Assembly: GCA_965227295.1 (NCBI GenBank)
Contig: OZ245742.1
Span: 3,424,001-3,488,000, forward strand
Direction: 5' to 3'
Origin: Leptonemataceae bacterium
Lineage (GTDB): Bacteria; Spirochaetota; Leptospiria; Leptospirales; Leptonemataceae
DNA length: 64,000 nt
This document shows positions 18,770 through 28,787 of this stretch, in pieces. The translations under genes and the position numbers were made by a program. How positions within the stretch are numbered: position 1 is the first letter of the stretch; each line of letters begins with the position of its first letter. The notes under the pieces are model-generated. The model worked only from the letters and a program-made list of their open reading frames with translations. It had not been told where the DNA came from and did no database searches.

Positions 18770-19744
18770 TTACCAGTATCCCTTGTGTTCTTCCATCACG
18801 CCGAACATATCACCGGTTTCCACCCAGTCGCCGTCCACACGGACGACACCGCTCGCCTTTACGAAGATTTCGGTGTGCCAGATCATCATGGCCGTGGGGA
18901 TGTACGTGCGGTCGGTTTTCATCTGAAAGAGTTCTACGGCGAGGTCCATGTCCGGGGACGTCACGTGCCAGGTTTGTTTCCATTTGTCCTTGTCGCGAAA
19001 CTCGAACGACACCGTCTGCGACAGCCGCACCCACTCATTCGTGCGCGGGCTTTTGACGTTCGCGGTGAAGTAGATTTCCGTGTACAGCTGCGCGTAGGCG
19101 CCGTAGTTGATGAGCGAGGCCAGGCCGGCCTGTTCGTTCTGTACAGCGAGCCAGTGCCAGCCGGTGTTCCGGGGAATGCGGCCCCAGCAGTGATCGTAGT
19201 AGGTGAGGGCGTTGTCGAGATTGTAAGTCTTGTTGTTGGCTTCCACGGTACCGGTCGTGCGATTGTGGAAGAAATGCATGAGGCCGTAGCGGTTTCGAAT
19301 TTCGTAGTCGAACTTCGTGAAGTACGGAATCGACGACGTGATCTTTAAGTCCGCCTTGATGTTCCGGTTGTCCACCGTAAGCGCCCAGTTGCCCTCGCCG
19401 ACGTACGGATCGGACGGGTCGGATATCTCAAACGCGCCGCTGTACTCGAACTTCGTGCCGCCGAAGAGCGTGCTGCCTTTCAGGTAAAGTTGATCCGGCG
19501 GAATCTTAGAGTCCGTGTAGAGGATGGGTTTGATGTGCACCGGCTTTTCGAACTCCGGGTCGAACACCGACATTACGAACTGATCGGCGAGCCAGGTGCG
19601 CACCACGTACCAGCTCACGTAGAACTTGCCGTCGGGATCCATGGCTCCGGAGTACCACCATTCCTTGTAGCGCTGTTCGTCGCTGAAGGGATTGAGGATG
19701 TCCAGAATGCGATTGCGGAGGACTTTCTTTTCTTCGATTTCCAT
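18770..19744 (-). CDS. Tocopherol-cyclase/CrtC/DUF2804-like beta-barrel protein
   Basis: KEWWY, YYDHCWG, WHWLA, MEEHKGYW. Confidence 0.6.
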   Translation of the reverse strand: MEIEEKKVLRNRILDILNPFSDEQRYKEWWYSGAMDPDGKFYVSWYVVRTWLADQFVMSVFDPEFEKPVHIKPILYTDSKIPPDQLYLKGSTLFGGTKFEYSGAFEISDPSDPYVGEGNWALTVDNRNIKADLKITSSIPYFTKFDYEIRNRYGLMHFFHNRTTGTVEANNKTYNLDNALTYYDHCWGRIPRNTGWHWLAVQNEQAGLASLINYGAYAQLYTEIYFTANVKSPRTNEWVRLSQTVSFEFRDKDKWKQTWHVTSPDMDLAVELFQMKTDRTYIPTAMMIWHTEIFVKASGVVRVDGDWVETGDMFGVMEEHKGYW

Positions 19745-19772
19745 GTATGTTTCTCGCTGTCGTGCGTGCGGC

Positions 19773-20609
19773 TCAGGCGCCTTCGCCCGGCTCCGGTTCG
19801 GGGACGATCTCGGTGGCGTCCTTCGAGCCGGTCTTCAGGTATTCGTCGTACTTCGCGGAGCGGGTGCCGAAGACCGTGTCCGTCCAGTTGTAGAGCCCGG
19901 CATAGTTGCCGATGAACTTCGTGTGATGAAAATCGTGGAAGGCCGGCCCGTCGTAAAACGGCAGCCAGTGAAACGGATTCCACGGAAACGAATAGCCCGA
20001 GTGTTGCTCCGCCGCCTCCCATTGTCGGACGACGACCCAGATCCACACGGTAACGATGTGCGAGGACAGCAGGATCGGGCCGATCAGGATCATGCTGGAG
20101 ATCATGATGTACTCCACCGGATGCAGATAGTTGCCGGTAATGGAGATGGGCGTGGTGATGCGGTGATGGACCTTGTGAACATTCCGGTAGAGCCAGGGAT
20201 TGACGTGCATGTAACGATGGGCCCAGTAGTACAGAAAATCGTCGAGGATCGTGAAAAGCAACACCGAGCCCGCGATGATGTACCACGGCGGGAGGGGGCC
20301 CGCGTGAATGCCCGTCAGCCGGAGGACCGGCCAGGAAAGTACACTCAAAACCAACATTAACAAAAAGTTGCTCAGTAGCTGCTTGACGGAGTCGTTTACG
20401 ATACCATCATACGACTCCAGTCGCCTTTCCTGGACCCGGTACTTCCGGGCCCACTCCGGATTCCGGATGGCCAGGTAAGTCAGCGGCGCCGCCATGAGGC
20501 AGAAGGCCGAAAGGGCAATGAGGTTCGCGAAGATGGGAAAGTACAGGAACATCGGTTCCCGGTACCAGCCGGCGACGGTCTCGAAGAGTTGCAGTAAAGA
20601 TTCGCTCAT
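19773..20609 (-). CDS. Sterol desaturase / fatty-acid hydroxylase family (methylsterol oxidase-like)
   Basis: His boxes HRYMH, HKVHH, EQHSGY, FHDFHH. Confidence 0.92.
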   Translation of the reverse strand: MSESLLQLFETVAGWYREPMFLYFPIFANLIALSAFCLMAAPLTYLAIRNPEWARKYRVQERRLESYDGIVNDSVKQLLSNFLLMLVLSVLSWPVLRLTGIHAGPLPPWYIIAGSVLLFTILDDFLYYWAHRYMHVNPWLYRNVHKVHHRITTPISITGNYLHPVEYIMISSMILIGPILLSSHIVTVWIWVVVRQWEAAEQHSGYSFPWNPFHWLPFYDGPAFHDFHHTKFIGNYAGLYNWTDTVFGTRSAKYDEYLKTGSKDATEIVPEPEPGEGA

Positions 20610-20645
20610 AGGCTTACAGGCTTAAACTTTCATTGAAAGATCATT

Positions 20646-23600
20646 ATGCAAGAAACCAGGTCAAGCTTAAAATCAGTGATCCCGTATCTCCCGTTTGCGA
20701 CGGTGCGCAACCTTGTGGAGAGCGATCGCATCTCCCGTACGGAGACGTTGCGCGGCAGTGTTCTCTTCATTGATGTCGCGGGTTTCACACCCATGTGTCT
20801 CGCCCTGGCTTCGGAGGGCGCGGCCGGAATCCAGGCGTTGCAGGAAATCATGTCGCGCTACTACTCCGGGTTGCTCGACTTCGTCCGCGACTTCGGCGGC
20901 GTCGTCTACCAGTTCGCCGGCGATTCCATTCTGGTGGGCATGCGCCTCGGTCCCGACGAAAGCGATGCGGATGCGGCCGTTCGTGCCGCGCGTTGCGTCA
21001 CCGAGATGCATTCCGCCGTCGACGCCTTCGCGGACTTCGAGGCCCTCGGTCGTACGTATACCATTCAAACGAAAGCCGGTGCCGGCTTCGGTGAGTATCA
21101 CAGCATCTTGCTCGGCCAGCGGGACTCCTGGTTCTATCCGGCTCTCGTCGGACCGGCCGTCGAAGACGCAGTGGGCGCGGAGGTGCGCGCGAGCGGCGGC
21201 CAGACGTTGATCTCCGGCACGTTGATGCGGTTGCTTCCGAACGGGGTGGCCGACGCGCAGCCCACGGCCGACGGCGAAGACTTTTACGAACTGCGCGGCC
21301 TGGATCTTTCCACCGTACCGCATACCGCCGGCCGTTCGGACTTCGTATCGTTTCAGTTGCCCCAGGGTTTCGATCAGGACAAACTCTATCGGCGTTGCAC
21401 ATACTTTCTGCAAGACGCCTTAATTAAGAAGATTACCACCGGCCACCGCGGATTCACCGGGGATCTGCGCAACACCACCTCGCTTTTCGTGCGCTTCGAG
21501 GGCCTCGACTACCGCGATCGTCCGCAAACCCTGGCGACGAACCTGGGCGCTTTCTTTCGCTTCGTGCAGAGTGAGAGCCGTACGTCCGGCGGCCTCTTTT
21601 TGCAGGCGGACTTCACCGACAAGGGCGGGGTTTTTCTCATTCTCTTCGGCGCACCCACGGCTCTTGAGAACAAAGAGGCCGCCGCCGCGCGCCTGGCGCT
21701 GCGCATCCTCAAAGAACGCGCTCGCTTTGAGTTCATTGAACATTTGCAGGCCGGCCTTGCCACCGGGGACGCCTACTGCGGCGACCTGGGCGCTCCCTTT
21801 CGCAAAAGCTATTCCGTACTCGGAGAAAACGTAAACGTCGCCTCGCGCCTGGCCACCTTCACCGGCCGGGACGATTACACCGTCGAGAACGCCAGCGTCT
21901 TCGCCGACGCCGCCACGCAAACGCGATTGCCGCGCCGCTTCACCGTGGAGACCGTCGGCGAAACGAACCTTAAGGGTATCTCAGCGCCGGTTAAGACGTA
22001 TCGCATCCTCGGCGAAAAGGAGCTGCACGGCTTCTTTCATTTGCATCACGATCGGCTCATCGGCCGGCGGCGGGAACTGGCGTTCCTAAAGGAACAACTG
22101 GACGCCATCATCGACGATCGCCAGGGCCGGGTGGTTTCCATCAGCGGGGAGGCCGGCGTCGGCAAGTCCCGCCTGGTGGGCGCCTTCATGGAAGAGCTGG
22201 CCAATCGCCGGGTGGAACTCTACGGCGGTCATTGCTTCAGCTACGAACGGCACACGCCGCTGTTTCCCTGGAAGGAACTCCTGCTCCAGGTCTTCGAGAT
22301 CGACGAACACGATTCCAACGAGGCCAGGCTCGGTAAGATTGAAGCCGCCCTGGAACCCCTGGCCGACGTCTCGAAGGAATGGGCGCTGGCCCTCGGCGTG
22401 CTTCTCGGGTTCACCGGCATCCACGAAAAACCGCTGACGCGTTCGCTCGACGCGCGGGAAAAGAACCTGCGTCTATCGCAGATTGTTTGCGACCTCGTGC
22501 GTCACGCCGCGCGGGAGAATCCGGTGTGCCTCTACTTCGAAGACGCCCACTGGATGGACGAGACCTCGTTTAAGCTGATCGAGTTCGTCGTGGCCCGCAT
22601 TCGTGAACTGCCCGTCATTGTGCTGTTGTCCCTGCGTCCGGATCCCATCATCGAAAGCCTGGAACAGGATCACGCCAACGGCGCCCTGGCCACGCCCTAT
22701 GCGAAGCTGGAACTCGGTCACCTCGAAGAAGACGACGCCCGGGAGTTTGTCCGCCATCGGCTGCGGTTGAACGAGGAACACGGCGGCCTGGAGGATACGA
22801 TCTTACAGGTAGCGCAGGGCAATCCCTTCTTTATAGAGAGCATCGTGGACAGCCTGGTGGAGCAGGGGCACATCCAACAGAACGGAGCCACCGGGCCGGG
22901 CGGCGAGGACCTGCGTGAACTGGCCACCGAGGTGGATCGCATCCAGGTGCCGAACTCGTTGAAGGACGTGTTGCTCGCGCGCCTGGACGGCCTCGACGAA
23001 AACGCGAAGACGACGCTCAAGACCGCGTCGGTGATCGGTCGCGTCTTCGCCTTCGAAATCCTGCGCCAGCTTCTGCCGGACACCCTGAGCCACGACATGG
23101 CCGAGGCGTCGTTGATCGATCTGGAACGCATCGAACTGACGCGCCTGGAAACGCCCATGCCGCTCGAGTACATCTTCAAACACGTCGTCATTCGCGACGT
23201 CGCCTACGAAAGCATGCTGCTTTCCACGCGGGAGTTCATTCATCGCCGCCTCGCGCGGCATCTCGAAACATTGTACGAAGACAACTTACGCGACCGCGCC
23301 GACACCCTGGCCTATCACTTTCTCCAGGGCAAGGACTCGGTCGCCGCGCTGCGTTATACCATGCTCGCCGGGGACAAGGCCCGGGACAACTACGCGAACC
23401 GCGACGCCATCGCGTACTACGAGCAGGCGGAAAGCATACTGAGCGACCTGCGCTCCGGGGCGGGCGCGGGCAATCCCGAGGGCGATCCGGTGCCGTCGCC
23501 GGAGGAACTCCAGGCGCATCTCGTCGAAGTCAAACAACACCTGGCCGAAATCCGCAGCCGCATCGGCGAGTACGAAAGCGCGTTGAACGGTTACCGGTCC

Positions 23601-25049
23601 TGCTTCGAACTTGTCAGCGAACCGGAAGCACGCGCGCGATTGCATCTCGGCATGGGGCTCATTTACCAGGAGCGCGGCGAACCGCGCGAGGCCGTCTCCG
23701 AGATGGAACAGGCCATGAAACTCTACGGCAAGAATCCGCCGCGCACAAAGGTCGGTACCATCGTTTCGTTGCTCGGCCAGTTCTTCGTACGATTCCTGTA
23801 CCAGACCATGCCGTTTACGATTCGCCGTCTGCCGAAGTCCGATCGCGAACGCAACAAACGCCTGCTGCAATGTTTGCGCGTTCTGGAAAAGATGTACTTC
23901 CTCGTGGATCTCGAACGTTTCGCCTGGGGCGGCGCCTACGGCATCAACCTGGCCGAACGTGTGGCCGATCCCGGTGAACTGGCGCAGTTCCAGGCCGCCT
24001 ACGGTATGATCATGAACGGCATGGGTGCGAAGGCCGCCGCGCGCCGCTACCTGGAAGACGCCCTTGAGCTCGCGCGCAAATCCAAAAGCCGCAACCCGCT
24101 CATTGAAGGGTTGATTCTGCAACTCAACGGTACCTTCTACATGTTCTGGGACGATCCCGAGGGCGGCCTCGAAGCCCTCGACGAATCCATTCGAATCTAT
24201 CGCGGGGCCGGCGGGATGTGGGAGCTGCTCACGTCCCTCGGAACCCAGGGGCAGCTTTTATTTTTGTTGTCTCGATTCAAGGAATCCCAGGAGAAATACG
24301 AACAGTGCGGGGAGCTGGCGGAGGAACTGAATTCGGCGGTGCATCTCGGCTGGAGGTACTGCAAGGCCTCGTTCTGTAAGTTTCTCACAAACGAACCTAC
24401 GGCGGAGCTGGTGGGCGAGGTCCGCGCCGATCTCTACCAGGCCATCGCCCTTTCGGTTCAGGCCGAAGATCTCATGAATCATCTCATCGCCACGGCGCAC
24501 CTGGCCACGGTGGCGCGCATGTGCAACGACGCCGACGAGGCGGCGCGCCTGGCCGCGGAGGTGTTGGACATCAACCGTCGCTATAAAGTCAACGTACCGC
24601 ATGTTAAGATCGCCCTGGTCGACGCGGCGGATGCGGCGCTCTTTGCCGTGGAACACGTGCGGGAACACGGCGGCCAGGCCGGCGGCATGAGCGAGCGGGA
24701 TCTGTTCAAACTTGCGGCCGGTGCCTGGAAGAAGGCGCGGGCCCTCGGCAAAACCTTTCCATATCTGCGCGGGCCGGCGGAGCGGGCGCGGGCCTGGTAC
24801 GTGCATTTGCGCAAGGGACCGGCCCGGGCGCGGTCGATCTACGAAAAGGCGATCGAATACCTGGACGACTCGCCCCATCGCTGGGAATGCGCCCAGGCCT
24901 ACGCGGCGGCGGCGCGCGCGTATCCGGAGGGCGACGAGAAACGCCTGCGCTACCTCGACACCGCGCGGGAGATCTGCATGGCTCACGGCATCGAAGCGGA
25001 ACTGAGTCGTCTGCGCGGTTTGATGCCCGACGTCGCGGCGACCTCATGA
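20646..25049 (+). CDS. Tandem class III nucleotide cyclase + P-loop NTPase + TPR-like protein (sAC-like)
   Basis: FIDVAGFT, FAGD, DKGG..LFGAP, GENVNVASRL, GEAGVGKSRL, FEDAHWMD, GNPFFIE. Confidence 0.92.
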   Translation: MQETRSSLKSVIPYLPFATVRNLVESDRISRTETLRGSVLFIDVAGFTPMCLALASEGAAGIQALQEIMSRYYSGLLDFVRDFGGVVYQFAGDSILVGMRLGPDESDADAAVRAARCVTEMHSAVDAFADFEALGRTYTIQTKAGAGFGEYHSILLGQRDSWFYPALVGPAVEDAVGAEVRASGGQTLISGTLMRLLPNGVADAQPTADGEDFYELRGLDLSTVPHTAGRSDFVSFQLPQGFDQDKLYRRCTYFLQDALIKKITTGHRGFTGDLRNTTSLFVRFEGLDYRDRPQTLATNLGAFFRFVQSESRTSGGLFLQADFTDKGGVFLILFGAPTALENKEAAAARLALRILKERARFEFIEHLQAGLATGDAYCGDLGAPFRKSYSVLGENVNVASRLATFTGRDDYTVENASVFADAATQTRLPRRFTVETVGETNLKGISAPVKTYRILGEKELHGFFHLHHDRLIGRRRELAFLKEQLDAIIDDRQGRVVSISGEAGVGKSRLVGAFMEELANRRVELYGGHCFSYERHTPLFPWKELLLQVFEIDEHDSNEARLGKIEAALEPLADVSKEWALALGVLLGFTGIHEKPLTRSLDAREKNLRLSQIVCDLVRHAARENPVCLYFEDAHWMDETSFKLIEFVVARIRELPVIVLLSLRPDPIIESLEQDHANGALATPYAKLELGHLEEDDAREFVRHRLRLNEEHGGLEDTILQVAQGNPFFIESIVDSLVEQGHIQQNGATGPGGEDLRELATEVDRIQVPNSLKDVLLARLDGLDENAKTTLKTASVIGRVFAFEILRQLLPDTLSHDMAEASLIDLERIELTRLETPMPLEYIFKHVVIRDVAYESMLLSTREFIHRRLARHLETLYEDNLRDRADTLAYHFLQGKDSVAALRYTMLAGDKARDNYANRDAIAYYEQAESILSDLRSGAGAGNPEGDPVPSPEELQAHLVEVKQHLAEIRSRIGEYESALNGYRSCFELVSEPEARARLHLGMGLIYQERGEPREAVSEMEQAMKLYGKNPPRTKVGTIVSLLGQFFVRFLYQTMPFTIRRLPKSDRERNKRLLQCLRVLEKMYFLVDLERFAWGGAYGINLAERVADPGELAQFQAAYGMIMNGMGAKAAARRYLEDALELARKSKSRNPLIEGLILQLNGTFYMFWDDPEGGLEALDESIRIYRGAGGMWELLTSLGTQGQLLFLLSRFKESQEKYEQCGELAEELNSAVHLGWRYCKASFCKFLTNEPTAELVGEVRADLYQAIALSVQAEDLMNHLIATAHLATVARMCNDADEAARLAAEVLDINRRYKVNVPHVKIALVDAADAALFAVEHVREHGGQAGGMSERDLFKLAAGAWKKARALGKTFPYLRGPAERARAWYVHLRKGPARARSIYEKAIEYLDDSPHRWECAQAYAAAARAYPEGDEKRLRYLDTAREICMAHGIEAELSRLRGLMPDVAATS

Positions 25050-25441
25050 TCATCGCCGGTCTCGTATACTTCGCGCTGGTCTTCGGGGCCGGTTTTCTGC
25101 TCGGTCCGCCGCGCATCCTCTGGCTGGTCCCGCTGGTAGGTCAGCGCACCGCGGAATTGATCGAGACGCCCATCATGCTCATGGTGATTTATTTTAGCGC
25201 ACGCTGGGTGGTGCGTCGTTTTTCGTTGAGCGGTCGTCCTGCGGCGGCCCTGGGGGCGGGCGGATTGGCATTACTGCTCTTGCTGCTGATGGAGTTCACC
25301 CTGGTCCTGTATCTGCAGGGGCGCAGCATCGAGGACTACCTGGCGTCCCGGGATCCGGTCTCCGGAACGGTGTACGCCGTTTCGTTGCTGATCTTCGGAC
25401 TCATGCCGCTCTGGTTCAGTCGGCGACAGGCTGCACGCTGA
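25046..25441 (+). CDS. Small membrane protein
   Basis: ATGA overlap with the cyclase stop; about 4 hydrophobic segments. Confidence 0.8.
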   Translation: MIIAGLVYFALVFGAGFLLGPPRILWLVPLVGQRTAELIETPIMLMVIYFSARWVVRRFSLSGRPAAALGAGGLALLLLLLMEFTLVLYLQGRSIEDYLASRDPVSGTVYAVSLLIFGLMPLWFSRRQAAR

Positions 25442-25892
25442 TCGCAGGCTCATGTTTCACCGGAAAGTTCATTGAGTTTGCGATAAAACACTTCGCATGC
25501 GCTTCCGCATGCAGGGCGTTCGCCGGTTCGATCATCCCGGCGTCCGCCACGGTTACGCGCGGTCGTAAGATCACTTCCGTGAATCGCCCGCCGCCGTCCT
25601 GGTCGAGCAGCATCGTCCCCGTCGCCTCATCCTCGTAGCCGACGACCACGACCTTCGCCACCGCGCACAGATGCAGGTACCACAGCATGTGGCAGGCCGA
25701 GAGCGAGGCCACGAGCAGGTCCTCGGGATTGTGGCGGGAGGCATCGCCGCGAAACGCCGGGTCCGCCGAACCGTGGAGTTCCGCCTTGCCGTCGATGCGC
25801 ACGACGTACTCCCGGCCGTAGCTTTTGTACGTGGACGTGCCCGGGCCGGTGTTACCGGTCCAGATAAGATGCGTTGCGTAAGTGTGTGCCAT
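25416..25892 (-). CDS. OsmC/Ohr family protein
   Basis: NPEDLLVASLSACHML, AHAKCFIANS. Confidence 0.92.
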   Translation of the reverse strand: MAHTYATHLIWTGNTGPGTSTYKSYGREYVVRIDGKAELHGSADPAFRGDASRHNPEDLLVASLSACHMLWYLHLCAVAKVVVVGYEDEATGTMLLDQDGGGRFTEVILRPRVTVADAGMIEPANALHAEAHAKCFIANSMNFPVKHEPAISVQPVAD

Positions 25893-25898
25893 TGTAAG

Positions 25899-26303
25899 TT
25901 AAGGGGCGATGGATTCCAGGATCGCGCGGTATTCGTCGCTGATGGGAATCTTCGTCGCCTGTTTGTAATCGTAGGCCACCATCACCGTAACGGCCTCGGC
26001 GAAGGCCTTCCCGCCGCCGGGCGGCCGAATGTCGTAGGCGAAGTCCCAGGAAGTGGTGCCGATGCGCGGTACGGTGAGTTCCACCTCAATGCGATCCTGG
26101 TCCAACTCCAGGGGACGCCGGTAGTCGATGCGTGTGCTGGCCAGGATAAAGGGAATGTCGTGAGGTCCGCGCAGATTCGGATGGTGCTTGCGATAAAACT
26201 CCAGGCGGGCGGTCTCGCAGTAGCTCATGAACACCGCGTTGTTCACGTGCCCCATGCCGTCGGTATCGCGGAAGCGGATCTGGATTTCGATGACGTAGGC
26301 CAT
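25899..26303 (-). CDS. Acyl-CoA thioesterase (4HBT/YbgC family)
   Basis: DTDGMGHVNNA. Confidence 0.92.
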   Translation of the reverse strand: MAYVIEIQIRFRDTDGMGHVNNAVFMSYCETARLEFYRKHHPNLRGPHDIPFILASTRIDYRRPLELDQDRIEVELTVPRIGTTSWDFAYDIRPPGGGKAFAEAVTVMVAYDYKQATKIPISDEYRAILESIAP

Positions 26304-26598
26304 GGTGTCTGCCAGGCTACATTCTGTAATAGTAATGTAAACCCGAAAACGAATTGTCCGCCAGGGAGTACAGATCAGCCCAATGGAGTACTTCTTTCAA
26401 GCGCCTGGAAGAGTACATCCGACACGGCGCCGAAATTCTTGGAATGGAATCCGGCGATGTCCTTTACGTTGGTGATCAGCTCTCGGGGACACGGTAGCCC
26501 GGCCCGTTTTTATAAAGTCTTGACTGTAAACAATTAGCAGGCTGCTGAAAAAGTCGAATTTTCCTGGCGATTTCACGGCGTCCGTCCAGAAAAGTCAC

Positions 26599-27126
26599 AT
26601 GCGTGGCGAAGAAGAAAAGCAACCGAGTATCTGGAGTCATGTTTCGATGGAGGATCGGATCCCGTCGGATCACCCATTGCGTGGCATTCGCAAGTTGACG
26701 GATGAAGTGCTCGCGAAGTTGAGCGATCGATTCGATGAAATGTATCCGGCATTCGGACGGCCTTCGCTTCCGCCAGAGTATCTTCTGCGGGCCCTTTTGT
26801 TGCAGGTGTTGTTCACCGTGCGCAGCGAGCGCCAGTTGATGGAGCAGACGAATTGTAATCTGCTGTATCGCTGGTTTATCGGCTTAAGCGCGGATGATCC
26901 GGTCTGGGACGCGAGCGTATTTTCAAAGAATCGCGATCGTCTGATGCAAGGCGGTATTGCCGACGAATTCTTTCGCGGCGTTCTGGAGGTGGCGGATGAT
27001 CGCGGGCTGATCAGCGATGAACACTTCACTGTGGATGCCACGTTGCTGGAGGCTGCATCGAGCCTGAAGAGCTTCCAAAAAAAGAGGGCGGGCGATCTCC
27101 TTCGGATGAAAGAGGCCGCCGCATGA
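26599..27126 (+). pseudogene. Truncated IS5-family transposase (N-terminal half)
   Basis: IPSDHPLR, GRPSLPPE, RSERQLME, YRWFIGL, FSKNRDRL, HFTVDAT; ends before the rest of the DDE core. Confidence 0.88.
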
Positions 27127-27158
27127 TTGCGACTGCTAACTTGCGAATTATCAGCGTT

Positions 27159-27366
27159 AGGGATGCGCAGGGTGCCGCGCAGCGGCAGTCCGGAGCGCGA
27201 AGCGCGGAGGACCAGCAAGGCGCCGCTTGTCGGTGCCGCGGTAGATGTTCCCCGCTGGCGAAGCGGAGCCCGGAGCAGCCCGGCGCCCGGCGGCTTCAGA
27301 CGGGGTGGATCGAACAGCGACCCCGGCCAGCGGGGTCTCGTTGGCGCCGGCCGGGCGCAACGCCCA
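27159..27366 (+). repeat. Branched palindromic element, family B, copy 2 (inside the IS)
   Basis: Same scaffold as 759-909, with compensatory stem changes. Confidence 0.85.
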
Positions 27367-27483
27367 CAAGGATTTCACTGAATTAACTACTCAGGAGACT
27401 TTTTCAGCAGCCTACCATTTTCCGAAAAAATCCCGCGGGAAATCCTTGCAAGCTTCGCCGCGCTGGAGAAAGTTCTTCGTGTT

Positions 27484-27960
27484 ATGAACCGCCTTGCCGT
27501 ACTTCTGGGAATCATTCTCACTTTCGCCGCCGGCAACGTCTTCGCGCGCACGGTCTACGTGCAGAATCCGAAAGCGAAACTTCTGAACCAGCCGTCCATG
27601 AATGCGCCGGGCACGCCGCTGCAAAAAGGCACCGCGCTTACGGCCCTGGGGGACCAGGGCATGTTCGTTCAGGTTCGCGCGGCCCAGGGCAACGGCTATG
27701 TTCCGCGGCTGTTCGTTTCGCCGTATCCGCCGGGGAAACGCATGAACCTGGGCGGCAGCATCAAACGCAGCGACGCCGTGGAGGCCCGGGCCCGGGCGTC
27801 CACGTACTCCCGTACCGCCGCGGCCCGGGGTCTGGTGGTCACGCAAAAGAGTCGCCTGCGCGGGCGGATGAACGAGTACGACTTCGCCGCCGTCGACTGG
27901 CTGGAGGACGTACACGTGAGCGAGGCCGACGTGGAAGCCTTCCGTTCCGGCACGCCGTAA
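27484..27960 (+). CDS. Exported SH3-like domain protein
   Basis: Signal peptide, SH3b-like pattern, TAAARGL. Confidence 0.7.
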   Translation: MNRLAVLLGIILTFAAGNVFARTVYVQNPKAKLLNQPSMNAPGTPLQKGTALTALGDQGMFVQVRAAQGNGYVPRLFVSPYPPGKRMNLGGSIKRSDAVEARARASTYSRTAAARGLVVTQKSRLRGRMNEYDFAAVDWLEDVHVSEADVEAFRSGTP

Positions 27961-27965
27961 CTAAC

Positions 27966-28787
27966 ATGCAAAGAGCGATTGTTAGTCTGATGGTCGGGGG
28001 ATTTGCGGTTCTGCTGTCTGCGGGTTGCGCGAGCGCGCCGGCCGGTCGTTCGGTGGCGGACGTCAGCCAGGAACGCGACGTCGGTCGGGCCCTCGCGGCC
28101 TCGCTCATTCGCAATCACGGCGGCCTGGTGCGGGACGAGCAACTCACGCGCTACATAAACCTGGTGGGACTCTCCGTCGCGGAATTCTCCGGCCGGCCGG
28201 AGCTGCCGTTTCACTTCGGTCTCTTGAATTCCGACGACGTCCTGGTGTTCGCCTGTCCGGGCGGCTACGTCTTAATTTCTCGTGGGGCCATGTCAGCCAT
28301 GGAAGACGAGGCCGAACTGGCCGGCGTCCTGGCCCATGAACTCACGCACATTTCCCTCGATCATGCCGGGGACTTTCGCGCCGGCAATCGTTTCGTGGCC
28401 CTGCTCGGTACCTTTCTGAGCGGCGGCGGGGCGGTCCTGAACTCCGCCGTAAGATCCAACGTCCAGAAGTTAGAGGACACGCTCCTGGAAGAGGGGCGTT
28501 CGCCGGAGCTGGAGTTCGAGGCGGACCGTGGCGGCGTCATGCTCGCGGCGGCGTCCGGCTACGATCCGTCCGGCATCGTCCGCTACTTCGAACGCCTGGG
28601 CCGCGCGAGCGGGACCGAGCGTTTCGCAAAGACGCATCCGGCCATGGGGGAACGCGTTGTTCGATTGAAGGCGTTCCTGGGCGAGCAGGGATTGGGAGGC
28701 GGCGCTGTTCACGCGACGCGTTTTCTGGATCATCGCAGACGGTTGTCTTCAATAAAAGAGGAAGAGCCGCAAAGGCCAACACAATGA
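27966..28787 (+). CDS. M48 family metallopeptidase lipoprotein
   Basis: LSAGC lipobox, ELAGVLAHELTH, EFEAD, THP. Confidence 0.9.
   Translation: MQRAIVSLMVGGFAVLLSAGCASAPAGRSVADVSQERDVGRALAASLIRNHGGLVRDEQLTRYINLVGLSVAEFSGRPELPFHFGLLNSDDVLVFACPGGYVLISRGAMSAMEDEAELAGVLAHELTHISLDHAGDFRAGNRFVALLGTFLSGGGAVLNSAVRSNVQKLEDTLLEEGRSPELEFEADRGGVMLAAASGYDPSGIVRYFERLGRASGTERFAKTHPAMGERVVRLKAFLGEQGLGGGAVHATRFLDHRRRLSSIKEEEPQRPTQ

Larger units (their letters stand above)
26539..27413 (+). mobile_element. Internally deleted IS5-family element with 17-bp terminal inverted repeats
   Basis: AGGCTGCTGAAAAAGTC (26539-26555) and GACTTTTTCAGCAGCCT (27397-27413) enclose a truncated transposase. Confidence 0.88.

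Noticed and set aside
26390..26500. Possible HAD-like gene fragment (GDVLYVGD) beside the IS
   Set aside because: Too short to support
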